Shown: piece after piece, positions 7,353 through 15,853 of the stretch | How positions within the stretch are numbered: position 1 is the first letter of the stretch | How the letters are laid out: each line of letters starts with the position of its first letter | Source: Methanomassiliicoccaceae archaeon | Lineage (GTDB): Archaea; Thermoplasmatota; Thermoplasmata; Methanomassiliicoccales; Methanomethylophilaceae | Direction of reading: 5' to 3' | Length of the DNA stretch: 35,862 bases | Assembly: GCA_009784745.1 (NCBI GenBank) | Contig: WQXR01000001.1 | Coordinates: 1 to 35,862, forward strand | Notes under the pieces: generated by a model | The model's database searches: none | What the model saw: the letters and a program-made list of their open reading frames with translations, nothing else | What the model was told of the DNA's origin: nothing | Position numbers and translations under genes: made by a program

Positions 7353-10118
7353 TCACTTCTGTGACCGCAGATATCTCATCCTGCGGTTCGGGCTCACAGC
7401 CTTCCTGTTCAGACGGAGTGATGTGTAATCATATTCTGCGTGATATATCGCCGCGACGCTCTTTGCCATGCGTTCACGCTTCGCTTTCTCATCGATCTCG
7501 CCCGTAAGATTCGCTTTTGCGTGTTTGCCCCATATCACAAGCAGCGACGGTAATACCAATACAGAACCCATGTAACCGAATGCTATCGCTAACGCCGTGA
7601 TTATACCGAACTGGTACATTGGTAATATCTTTGAAAAGCCCATGACGCTGAAACCGGCCACCGTTGTCAATGCGGCAGCGAAAACTCCCTTTCCCGTTTC
7701 GCGTGTAGCCTTTATTATGGCCTCTTTTTCATTGAGACCGTTCTTCACAAGTTCCGTCACAAAACGATGCGATATGTGAATTCCGTACGTAACGCCCATG
7801 CCTACGGCAAGCGACGCTATCGTTAACGTCATAACGTTAAGAGGCATGTTCATCAGCGCCATCGTACCCCAGACCATTATCACTGAGATCAACGTCGGAA
7901 TCGTTGCCATTATTCCGAGAAGCGGACTTCTGTCAACATAATACATAAATATCGTCAGTACAAGAACGACGAACAATATCGTAACGAACAGCGATGTCAT
8001 CTGACTGCTGTTCATCGCCTTCGCGTTGGACGCCATTATTATGAATTGACCCGTTGTCACATACTCCGAACCGTTCTCGCCTATCGGTGCGCATGCATCA
8101 TTGATACGATCTTTCATTTCCACAATGGCATCGTTATCGCCTTCGAGTTCCGTTGTCATGTGAAGAACTATCCTTGTCACGGGATCTCCTTCGTTGAACC
8201 CTACGTATGACGATACTGCTGCCTTGAGTGCGGGTGCCGACATCACTGCCTTCAGTATGTCCAGATATCCTTGTGTCACCACCGGTATGATCGGCTTTAG
8301 GGTGCCGTCCGCTTTGAACACCTGGTCGTATACCTCGCTGAACGACATAAGGCCAATGAACGGAATATCAATATCCGGCACCGCCGCTCCGTATCTTGTG
8401 TTGAATTCAGCCATCGCCGTTCCGATGTGGTCCGCGACCACGTCACCAGGCGGTCCGACGCCTTTGTACGCCAATCCCCTGATCTTATTGGCCTCGGTGG
8501 CGGCGCTCATATTCGCCAAAGAATCCTGAATTGCTTTTATTACGTCTATATTCCATCCGTCATCGTATACCAGCACGCTTGTTGTGCTTGTCGTGACGGA
8601 ATGATTATCGTCCATGTACGTCAGTATATCATGCGCTTCCGTCCCTTCCGGAATGAAATCGTACATGTTGAAATTGTAAGCGAGGTTCGTTGCGCTGACA
8701 CCGAACAATGCAATAATAACTGCAACAACGCCAAGAACGGCCCACGGACTTCTGGCGGCCATCTTGCCGCCCGCACCCGCTATCACGCTGATGACGTCCT
8801 CTTTTTCCGTTCTCTTGTAGCGTTTCGCTTCATCGCTCCCTTCTTTACGGTCACGGAGTATCTGTACCGCCGGAATAAGGAGGAGCATCACACCGAACGC
8901 ACATACTATTCCGATGGCGCACATGACACCGAAGTCGGCCAATGCGGACATTGATGATGTTAAGTATGACAGGAACGCAATTGCTGTTGTCACTGTCGCT
9001 AATATCAACGCCTGACCGACGGAACCCATCATCTTTTCGGTTGCTTCCGATGACGAATTACCGTTCTTCCTTTCCTCTCTGTATCTGAACACCAGATGCA
9101 GACTGTAATCTATCCCCAATGTAAGTACCAATATCGGTACCGCTATCGCTATAGTTGTTATCTCTATACCAACGAGAGTAGCAAGACCGAATGTCCAAAT
9201 AACTGCAACGAACAGTCCCGCGAGGCCGATGAGTGTGTCAACGGCGTCGCGATATATCAACAGCAAAAGCAGTATCATCACGACAACGGTTATCGGCAAC
9301 AACATGGCGATATCGTTCTGCGCCATTTCCCCGATGCCGCTCATCATCGTCATCATTCCGGCCACCCGTATCTTGGTGCCGTCCGGATGCGAAGCGTTGA
9401 AATCGTTAGCAACGTCTATAACATCATATTCGAACCCCTTCTGACCGCGGTCTATCTTTTCCAGACTTGAGTCCATTACCATAACGGAAACGATGCATCC
9501 TTTCGCCGATACCGCTGCATCATCAAAGTCGTTGGTCAGCAGTGATCTCAGCATCGCCGCTTCCGGATCTGCAAGGAATGCAGAGGCAACACCCTTGATC
9601 GCAGCGTCATTCGACAGTCCGATCGTGAATATCAATCTCTCATAGTACACCACCAGATCCGCTGACGGATCAGGGAGAGGGGGGAGCAGACCTCCGCTCG
9701 CTGCTATGATCATTTCTGCGAGCGGTTTTGATATCACGGAAACGGGACTGAGAACGTTGAATCCAGGTATGTTTCCGTCATAACGTTCTTTGTTATCCGG
9801 ATCATTGGCATCGGTGTATTCCATCCCGGCCAATCCTTTTTCATAGTTGAGGACGTCAATGAACGCCTCTTTTGTGAAGATATCTCCTCCGGAGTCCACC
9901 ATGCTCATCACCGATGCGGTGGAAGTGAACGCCTCCGTGACAACGGATGACGCTCTGGTCATCTCGTTATCGGGCATGAATCTTGACTGGTCCATGTCAA
10001 AGGACGGAGGGCTCGCCGCTATGATGCCCAACGATGCTGCCGTTATGATAAGCAGTACCGCAAGAGGAACGACAGGCTTTTTGACCATGCTCGCTCCCAG
10101 TCTCTTCATGAACTCCAT
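7353..10118 (-). CDS. MMPL / RND-superfamily membrane exporter
   Basis: 921 aa with two blocks of ~6 TM helices, each preceded by a large soluble loop. Internal duplication of the SSD-like TM bundle is typical of MMPL/RND exporters. Substrate unknown. Confidence 0.8.
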   Translation of the reverse strand: MEFMKRLGASMVKKPVVPLAVLLIITAASLGIIAASPPSFDMDQSRFMPDNEMTRASSVVTEAFTSTASVMSMVDSGGDIFTKEAFIDVLNYEKGLAGMEYTDANDPDNKERYDGNIPGFNVLSPVSVISKPLAEMIIAASGGLLPPLPDPSADLVVYYERLIFTIGLSNDAAIKGVASAFLADPEAAMLRSLLTNDFDDAAVSAKGCIVSVMVMDSSLEKIDRGQKGFEYDVIDVANDFNASHPDGTKIRVAGMMTMMSGIGEMAQNDIAMLLPITVVVMILLLLLIYRDAVDTLIGLAGLFVAVIWTFGLATLVGIEITTIAIAVPILVLTLGIDYSLHLVFRYREERKNGNSSSEATEKMMGSVGQALILATVTTAIAFLSYLTSSMSALADFGVMCAIGIVCAFGVMLLLIPAVQILRDRKEGSDEAKRYKRTEKEDVISVIAGAGGKMAARSPWAVLGVVAVIIALFGVSATNLAYNFNMYDFIPEGTEAHDILTYMDDNHSVTTSTTSVLVYDDGWNIDVIKAIQDSLANMSAATEANKIRGLAYKGVGPPGDVVADHIGTAMAEFNTRYGAAVPDIDIPFIGLMSFSEVYDQVFKADGTLKPIIPVVTQGYLDILKAVMSAPALKAAVSSYVGFNEGDPVTRIVLHMTTELEGDNDAIVEMKDRINDACAPIGENGSEYVTTGQFIIMASNAKAMNSSQMTSLFVTILFVVLVLTIFMYYVDRSPLLGIMATIPTLISVIMVWGTMALMNMPLNVMTLTIASLAVGMGVTYGIHISHRFVTELVKNGLNEKEAIIKATRETGKGVFAAALTTVAGFSVMGFSKILPMYQFGIITALAIAFGYMGSVLVLPSLLVIWGKHAKANLTGEIDEKAKRERMAKSVAAIYHAEYDYTSLRLNRKAVSPNRRMRYLRSQK

Positions 10119-10202
10119 TCTTTCATCCCCGTAAGGTAAACAGTGATTTCCACTTTAGTATATACGGTTACCGTTCGGTGGTCAGGAAATGACCGGACAA
10201 CC

Positions 10203-10237
10203 TCCACCGGAAACGGAGGTACTTTCGGTCATCCCTC
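10203..10237 (+). repeat. 35-nt conserved upstream element, copy B (TCCACCGGAAACGGAGGTACTTTCGGTCATCCCTC)
   Basis: 34/35 identical to the reverse complement of 1657..1691. Lies in the divergent MMPL/xpd intergenic region, oriented toward xpd. Confidence 0.9.
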
Positions 10238-10244
10238 CACACCG

Positions 10245-10252
10245 TTATTATA
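10245..10252 (+). promoter_or_regulatory. TATA-like box (TTATTATA) for xpd
   Basis: Starts 7 nt after the 35-nt element. Its centre is ~26 nt upstream of the GTG start at 10275, consistent with a leaderless transcript. Confidence 0.45.
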
Positions 10253-10274
10253 CTGAGAACAACGGTAACATGAC

Positions 10275-12149
10275 GTGAACCTGTTCCCGTACACGCCAAG
10301 AAGTTCGCAGAATGAATTCACGGAATTCGTTAACAGCTGCGTTAACAAAGGGATACCATGCATCATCGAATCCGGGACCGGAACGGGAAAGACGATCTGT
10401 TCGCTGGCCGGAGCATTGCCGTATGTGCTGGAAAAAGGAAAAAAACTGGTATACCTGACAAGAACGGCGTCACAGCAGAAACAAGCAATTCTTGAATTGA
10501 GAAAGATCTCCGAGATAAGGAAGATATTTGCCATGGGGATCCAAGGACGAAGCGCATCAACGTGTCCGATGATAAGAACGGACCCGGAACTGATGTCCGG
10601 TTCTCCTGAGGAACTATCCAAATTCTGTTCGGAATTCAAAAAACGGACGGGTACGGACAGAGGATGCAGATTCTACGACAACATATTGAGAACGGATGTG
10701 AACGAGCACACGGAATTCTGCAGATCGGCCATGCCGACCGCGGATGAATTCACGGATCGTATGACGTCTTTGGAATTGTGTCCGTATGAGATGATGAAAC
10801 GTCTCATACACAACGCGGACGTTGTCATTGCGCCGTATCATTTCCTGTTCGTTCCGGGAACAAGAGAACGTTTTCTGGGATGGATGAACGTTCCGTTAAG
10901 GAATATAGTTATGATCGTGGACGAAGCGCACAATTTACCCGATCACCTGAGAGAGGTGATGACCTCCCGATATACGATGCGCGCTCTGGACCTCGCTGAA
11001 AAAGAGGCGATCGACAGGAACGATCCGGAAGTAAGCAACGGGATATCGGCAACGGATGTCATGAACGCGTTGAGAAAACTGATATACCAAGCGAAGGAAG
11101 AGTATCTGGTGGACGAGGACGGTCTTTTACCGCCGTACTTCATCGAGGACGGGCTGATGGAAGAACTTAATGTTACGTCGGTAAAGATAAGGACAATTTG
11201 TAAAACAATGATAGAGCATGGTGAGGTGATCGCCGAGCAGAAGAAAATGAACGGAAAACTTCCCAGATCATATCTCAGATCACTGGGTATGTTCATCCTG
11301 TTCTGGTTGGACTCTGAGGATGAGGTTTACGTGAAACTCATCATCGGCGAGGATACCTCATTAGAAGCATTCTGCATGGACCCGTATGAGGCCGCTGAAC
11401 CGTTACGGATATGTCATTCGTCAATTCACATGTCGGGAACGCTCGAACCGTTATCGGAATATCAGAACGTATTGGGATTGGAGGACGCGGAACTGAGATG
11501 TTTCCCATCTCCTTTCGATCCCTGTAACCTTATGACAATTCACGCGACCGACGTTACAACGAAGTACGAAGAAATGAAACAGGATGCATCGATGATACCG
11601 AGAATGGAGGATCATTTGATAAGAACGATCAACTCGGTGAAAAAGAACACGGCGGTGTTCTTTCCCTCATATTCGTTAATGGATGTAATGGTAAAGGACG
11701 GCATAATATCAAGAACGGAAAGAAAGGTGTTCACAGAAAGGAAAGGAATGTCGAACACGGAACACCAGAACATGCTGGATTCGTTCAGATCATCCGGTGA
11801 CGGTATTCTTTTTGCGGTTTCCGGCGGAAGGATAAGCGAAGGCATAGATTTTCCCGGGAAGGATATGGAATTGGCGATATTGGTGGGAATGCCGTTCTCA
11901 AGGCCCGGAGCGAAGCAGAACGCATTGATACGTTACTACGACATACGTTCAGGGAACGGATGGGACCATGCGGTCATCTCACCGGCAACAAGGAAGATGA
12001 GGCAATCCATCGGCCGTCTGATAAGATCGGAGAACGATATCGGCGCAGCCGTGATACTTGATAAAAGAGCGGCTGCGTATCAGTTACTTTCATCAAGACC
12101 TTCTGATAACATTCCCAATGCGGTCCGTATGTTCTTCGATAGGCATTGA
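10275..12149 (+). CDS. xpd: XPD/Rad3-family (DinG-like) Fe-S DNA helicase
   Basis: N-terminus FPYTPRSSQ, Walker A ESGTGTGKT, DEAH box (IVDEAHNL), four Cys in the Fe-S insertion (STCP, CSEF, CRFY, CPYE). GTG start. Confidence 0.85.
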   Translation: MNLFPYTPRSSQNEFTEFVNSCVNKGIPCIIESGTGTGKTICSLAGALPYVLEKGKKLVYLTRTASQQKQAILELRKISEIRKIFAMGIQGRSASTCPMIRTDPELMSGSPEELSKFCSEFKKRTGTDRGCRFYDNILRTDVNEHTEFCRSAMPTADEFTDRMTSLELCPYEMMKRLIHNADVVIAPYHFLFVPGTRERFLGWMNVPLRNIVMIVDEAHNLPDHLREVMTSRYTMRALDLAEKEAIDRNDPEVSNGISATDVMNALRKLIYQAKEEYLVDEDGLLPPYFIEDGLMEELNVTSVKIRTICKTMIEHGEVIAEQKKMNGKLPRSYLRSLGMFILFWLDSEDEVYVKLIIGEDTSLEAFCMDPYEAAEPLRICHSSIHMSGTLEPLSEYQNVLGLEDAELRCFPSPFDPCNLMTIHATDVTTKYEEMKQDASMIPRMEDHLIRTINSVKKNTAVFFPSYSLMDVMVKDGIISRTERKVFTERKGMSNTEHQNMLDSFRSSGDGILFAVSGGRISEGIDFPGKDMELAILVGMPFSRPGAKQNALIRYYDIRSGNGWDHAVISPATRKMRQSIGRLIRSENDIGAAVILDKRAAAYQLLSSRPSDNIPNAVRMFFDRH

Positions 12150-12194
12150 AAGATTTTTACGTTCACTCAGCATTGCTGCGTCCGAGGTCTGAGA

Positions 12195-12767
12195 ATGGAG
12201 ATAACGGAAGCGGTGATCATAATGCTTGCAGGTCTGTGGTTATTCCTGCCGGCGATGCTTCCGAATTCCGCTGCGGTAGTGTTCGGCGGCGGGAAGCCGA
12301 TGGACATGGGAAAAGAGTGGAACGGCAAACGGATATTGGGTGACGGTAAGACGTGGAGAGGATTCTTCGGCGGCGGCTTTTCAGGAATGATCCTCGGTCT
12401 GATGCTGATGGGAATATCATTTCTGTTCGGAAGTGAGGATCTGTTCGGATACATAAATTTACAAACAGGTATCGGGGTCGCGGCCTGTCTGGCATTCGGT
12501 TCGCTCCTGGGTGATCTGATGGGATCATTCATAAAGAGAAGATTAGGGATAGAGAGAGGAAAGAAGGCGCCGATACTCGATCAGTATGATTTCCTGATAG
12601 GCGCGTTCCTTCTGACGTCGCTTTTCTATCCGCAATGGATATACAGCACGTACATAGAAGGATACAACATCCTTGCGCTTGTTTTTCTATTAATAGTGAC
12701 ATTACTTCTTCACCGCGTTATGAACATAATAGGGTACAAAGCGGGATTGAAGGATGTGCCGTGGTGA
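12195..12767 (+). CDS. carS: CDP-archaeol synthase (CDP-2,3-bis-O-geranylgeranyl-sn-glycerol synthase)
   Basis: 190-aa polytopic membrane protein with GDGKTWRGFFGG and GDL.GSFIKRR motifs characteristic of the DUF46/CarS family. Confidence 0.8.
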   Translation: MEITEAVIIMLAGLWLFLPAMLPNSAAVVFGGGKPMDMGKEWNGKRILGDGKTWRGFFGGGFSGMILGLMLMGISFLFGSEDLFGYINLQTGIGVAACLAFGSLLGDLMGSFIKRRLGIERGKKAPILDQYDFLIGAFLLTSLFYPQWIYSTYIEGYNILALVFLLIVTLLLHRVMNIIGYKAGLKDVPW

Positions 12768-12771
12768 TATC

Positions 12772-13305
12772 ATGAACGAAATGAAAAAAGCATTAGAGAG
12801 ATGCGGCGCCCTGCAGTACGGCGATTTCACATTGGCGTCGGGCGCAAAAAGTGATTATTACATTGATGTAAAGAAAGCAAGCACAGATCCTAAAACTTTG
12901 TACCTGATATCACAATTGATGGCTGAGAAGGTACAGACATCGGGAAAGAAGTATGACCGCATAGCCGGTATCGTTCTCGGTTCCGTACCGTTGGCCGCGG
13001 CGCTGTCGCTTGCGACGGGAATACCGTACGTAATGGTACGCAAAGAGAAAAAAGATCACGGAACATCGAAACTCATAGAAGGGAACATGAACTCAGGCGA
13101 CGAGGTACTTGTGGTCGAGGACGTGATAACATCCGCCGGTTCTTGTATCTCCGCGGTAAGAACGTTAAGAGAGAACGGAGCATCCGTGAACGATGTTCTT
13201 TCGGTAATAGACAGAGGATCCGGCGGAAGCGAGGCGCTTGCCAGCGTAAATATAAAATTATCATCGCTTCTGAAAGCGTCGGAACTTCTGAGCACTGAAA
13301 AATAA
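12772..13305 (+). CDS. pyrE: Orotate phosphoribosyltransferase
   Basis: PRPP-binding motif VLVVEDVITSAGS. ~177 aa. The ORF opens at 12754 (overlapping carS), but the ATG at 12772 lies 4 nt after the carS stop and gives a typical N-terminus. Confidence 0.85.
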   Translation: MNEMKKALERCGALQYGDFTLASGAKSDYYIDVKKASTDPKTLYLISQLMAEKVQTSGKKYDRIAGIVLGSVPLAAALSLATGIPYVMVRKEKKDHGTSKLIEGNMNSGDEVLVVEDVITSAGSCISAVRTLRENGASVNDVLSVIDRGSGGSEALASVNIKLSSLLKASELLSTEK

Positions 13306-13323
13306 GGGACAGGAAGGAGAACA

Positions 13324-14307
13324 ATGTCTGCAAAGATAAGAGCAGGGATATACGGCTACGGGAATATCGGGAAAAGCGTAGAAAAGGCGATAATGAGAAG
13401 TAATGATATAACAGCGGAAGCAGTGTTCACCAGACGCGATCCCGGTAAAATAAGAACGTTGTCAGGAACGAAAGTGATCGGTGCTGATAAAGTATCCGAA
13501 TTCAAGGATAAGATAGATGTCATGCTCCTGTGCGGCGGATCCGCGACAGACCTTCCGGTACAGGGTCCGGAATTAGTAAAAGAGTTCAACATCGTCGATT
13601 CGTATGATACTCATGCAAAGATACCAGATTACATGAAAAAGATCGACAGCGAAGCAAGACAGAACAAAAAAGCAGCGATCATATCAGCAGGATGGGATCC
13701 CGGATTGTTCTCGATAATGAGGTCACTGTTCATGTCCGTCCTTCCGGAAGGCGAGAACAACACATTCTGGGGCCCGGGCGTGAGCCAAGGACATTCCGAT
13801 GCGTTAAGAAGGGTGGAAGGTGTATCGGACGCGATACAGTACACAGTACCGTCGGAGAAGATATTCAACGATGTGAAGAACAGATCTCAAGCAACGTTCA
13901 CAATGAAACAAAAATTGAAAAGGATATGTTACGTAGTTGCCGAGAAGAACGCCGACAAGGAAAAGATAAAAAAGACCGTAAAACAAATGCCCAATTACTT
14001 CGCCGATTACGAAACGGATGTGATATTCATCTCATCGGAGGAAATGAAAAAGGAGCACAGTATGATGAATCACGCCGGCAATATGTTCAGGAACGGTTCT
14101 ACGGACAAGAACGAAGAACATCAGATGGAATTTAGGATAAAAATTGACAGCAACCCCGGATTCACGGCATCGATAATGGTCGCGTATGCGAGGGCAGCGT
14201 TCAGATTGTTCAACGAGAAGAATTACGGCGCAAAGACGGTATTGGATGTTCCCGTATCATATCTTTCAGCAATGGAAAGGGAACAGCAGATAAAGGAGTT
14301 GCTGTAA
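13324..14307 (+). CDS. ddh: meso-diaminopimelate D-dehydrogenase
   Basis: Collinear with my memory of the Corynebacterium Ddh sequence: GYGNIGKSVEK, GGSATD, GWDPGLFS, FWGPGVSQGHSDALRR, NPGFTAS. GGAAGGAG Shine-Dalgarno upstream. Confidence 0.9.
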   Translation: MSAKIRAGIYGYGNIGKSVEKAIMRSNDITAEAVFTRRDPGKIRTLSGTKVIGADKVSEFKDKIDVMLLCGGSATDLPVQGPELVKEFNIVDSYDTHAKIPDYMKKIDSEARQNKKAAIISAGWDPGLFSIMRSLFMSVLPEGENNTFWGPGVSQGHSDALRRVEGVSDAIQYTVPSEKIFNDVKNRSQATFTMKQKLKRICYVVAEKNADKEKIKKTVKQMPNYFADYETDVIFISSEEMKKEHSMMNHAGNMFRNGSTDKNEEHQMEFRIKIDSNPGFTASIMVAYARAAFRLFNEKNYGAKTVLDVPVSYLSAMEREQQIKELL

Positions 14308-14311
14308 AAAA

Positions 14312-15709
14312 ATGATACCGGAGAACAAATGTTCCAGATGTCCGCTTTCCGAGTTCAGGACGAAGATAGTGATGCCTGACGGGAACGAAAATTCCAACAT
14401 TGTTCTGGTAGGCGAGGCACCAGGAGAAACGGAAGATCTTACCGGAAGACCGTTCGTCGGAAGATCGGGAAAATTGCTGGAAAAGATAATGAAAGAAGAA
14501 GGCATCGAAAGATCGGACGTTCTTATCACGAATACAGTAAAATGTCGTCCTCCGGGCAATCGTGATCCTACGAAAGAAGAGATGGACGCATGCAGGCCGT
14601 TCCTTGAGCATGAGTTATCAGGCAAAAGGGTGGTGGTCGGTCTCGGAAGATCAGCGTGCCGCATTTTGATCGGATACGAAGGAAAGATGTCCGACATCGT
14701 CAACAAGGAAACAACGATAACGATCAGCGGAAAAGAGATAACTTTTCTGCCGTCGTATCACCCGGCAGCATGCATTTACAACAGCGCATCAAAAGAGGAA
14801 TTGAAAAGGACGATGAGGATCCTCAGAGAAAGGTACATGGGCGGTGCAGAGCACCGCCCGAAACAGCGGAAGATATGCGATGATCCGATCGCAAAAGATG
14901 TTACGGACGCGAAGAACGTTTTTACGGCGGACGCTGCAGCAATAGACTGGAATGACGTCTCCGGCATGATGATAGACATGGACGGAACGGTGTACAAAGG
15001 TGACAACGTCATACACGGAGCACCGGAATTCATTGAAAGAGTGAAGAAAAGGAAAATTCCCTTTGTTTTTCTGACGAACAATTCTTCTTCGGACAGAGAA
15101 CATTATCTCAGTAAATTAACGAAGATGGGTTTCAATGTGAGCATCGATAATATATTAACGTCAACAACAGCAACGATATCGTACCTTTTGAAACATCATC
15201 CCGGAAGAACAGTGTATCCGATCGGAACACAAAGATTCGTTAACGAGATAAGAGCAAAAGGTGTAAGGATAGTTGAGAAGGATCCGGACATCGTCCTTCT
15301 GGCGTTCGACACTTCGATAACTTATGAAAAAATTAACAACGCATATCATTTCATAAAGAACGGTTCAATGTTCGTAGCAACACATCCTGATGATCTCTGT
15401 CCAACGGAACACGGATATGATGTTGATATCGGAGCATTCATAAGATTCCTTGAATCAATGACCGGAGTGAGAACAACGGTCATAGGAAAACCGAACACGC
15501 TGATGACGGAAATGGCATCTGAGATAATGAACGTACCGATGAAAAAGATGGTGATGATCGGTGATCGTCTTTACACGGACATGAGAATGGCGTCGGATGC
15601 CGGTATCAGGTCAGTAATGGTGCTGACCGGCGAAGCAAGAAGGGAAGATATCAGCGGCGATATACATCCGACGATGGTCGTGAACTCTGTGAACGACCTT
15701 ATCCTTTGA
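14312..15709 (+). CDS. Fusion protein: family-4 uracil-DNA glycosylase (N-terminal) + HAD-IIA NagD/UmpH-like phosphatase (C-terminal)
   Basis: N-terminal ~185 aa: CSRC, GEAPG, FVGRSG, VKCRPPGNRDP, DACRPF, SYHPAA (4Fe-4S UDG family 4). C-terminal ~250 aa: DMDGTVY (motif I), FLTNNS (motif II), GKP, IGDRLYTDM (motif IV). Single uninterrupted 465-aa frame. Confidence 0.8.
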   Translation: MIPENKCSRCPLSEFRTKIVMPDGNENSNIVLVGEAPGETEDLTGRPFVGRSGKLLEKIMKEEGIERSDVLITNTVKCRPPGNRDPTKEEMDACRPFLEHELSGKRVVVGLGRSACRILIGYEGKMSDIVNKETTITISGKEITFLPSYHPAACIYNSASKEELKRTMRILRERYMGGAEHRPKQRKICDDPIAKDVTDAKNVFTADAAAIDWNDVSGMMIDMDGTVYKGDNVIHGAPEFIERVKKRKIPFVFLTNNSSSDREHYLSKLTKMGFNVSIDNILTSTTATISYLLKHHPGRTVYPIGTQRFVNEIRAKGVRIVEKDPDIVLLAFDTSITYEKINNAYHFIKNGSMFVATHPDDLCPTEHGYDVDIGAFIRFLESMTGVRTTVIGKPNTLMTEMASEIMNVPMKKMVMIGDRLYTDMRMASDAGIRSVMVLTGEARREDISGDIHPTMVVNSVNDLIL

Positions 15710-15761
15710 TGCATCCGAGGTCTCGCGCGCGCTCGCGCGTGCTAAAGGCTGGGTCTGACAA

Positions 15762-15774
15762 CTTATATATATAG
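15762..15774 (+). promoter_or_regulatory. TATA-like tract (CTTATATATATAG) upstream of smc
   Basis: The only strong A/T box in the 144-nt gap before smc. Implies a ~55-60 nt 5' UTR containing a GGCGT-N7-ACGCC hairpin (15781..15797). Confidence 0.4.
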
Positions 15775-15853
15775 TAAACGGCGTTGTACGTACGCCTTAC
15801 AAGGCAGGGATGCATACGGGATCGGATCAAAGGATCTGCTCTCACGGGAAGGG

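Noticed and set aside
10164-10184. Possible degenerate second copy of the 35-nt element core (ACGGTTACCGTTCGGTGGTCA versus ACGGAGGTACTTTCGGTCA)
   Set aside because: It gives only ~15 matches and needs two gaps. It is not distinguishable from chance without a statistical alignment.
10221-10226. ACTTTC inside the 35-nt element matches the ANTTTC hexamer reported for Orc1-2-dependent DNA-damage promoters in Sulfolobales
   Set aside because: A degenerate hexamer occurs by chance every few hundred nt, and the precedent is from a different phylum. Noted only as a lead, not evidence.
10229-10639. 136-aa minus-strand ORF overlapping the xpd 5' end and the 35-nt element
   Set aside because: It overlaps the conserved XPD Walker A region in antisense and has no promoter or Shine-Dalgarno support.
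12181-12190. 10-mer TCCGAGGTCT shared between the carS upstream region and 15714..15723
   Set aside because: Hundreds of exact 10-mer coincidences are expected in a 36-kb window, and nothing in the surrounding context supports a link.
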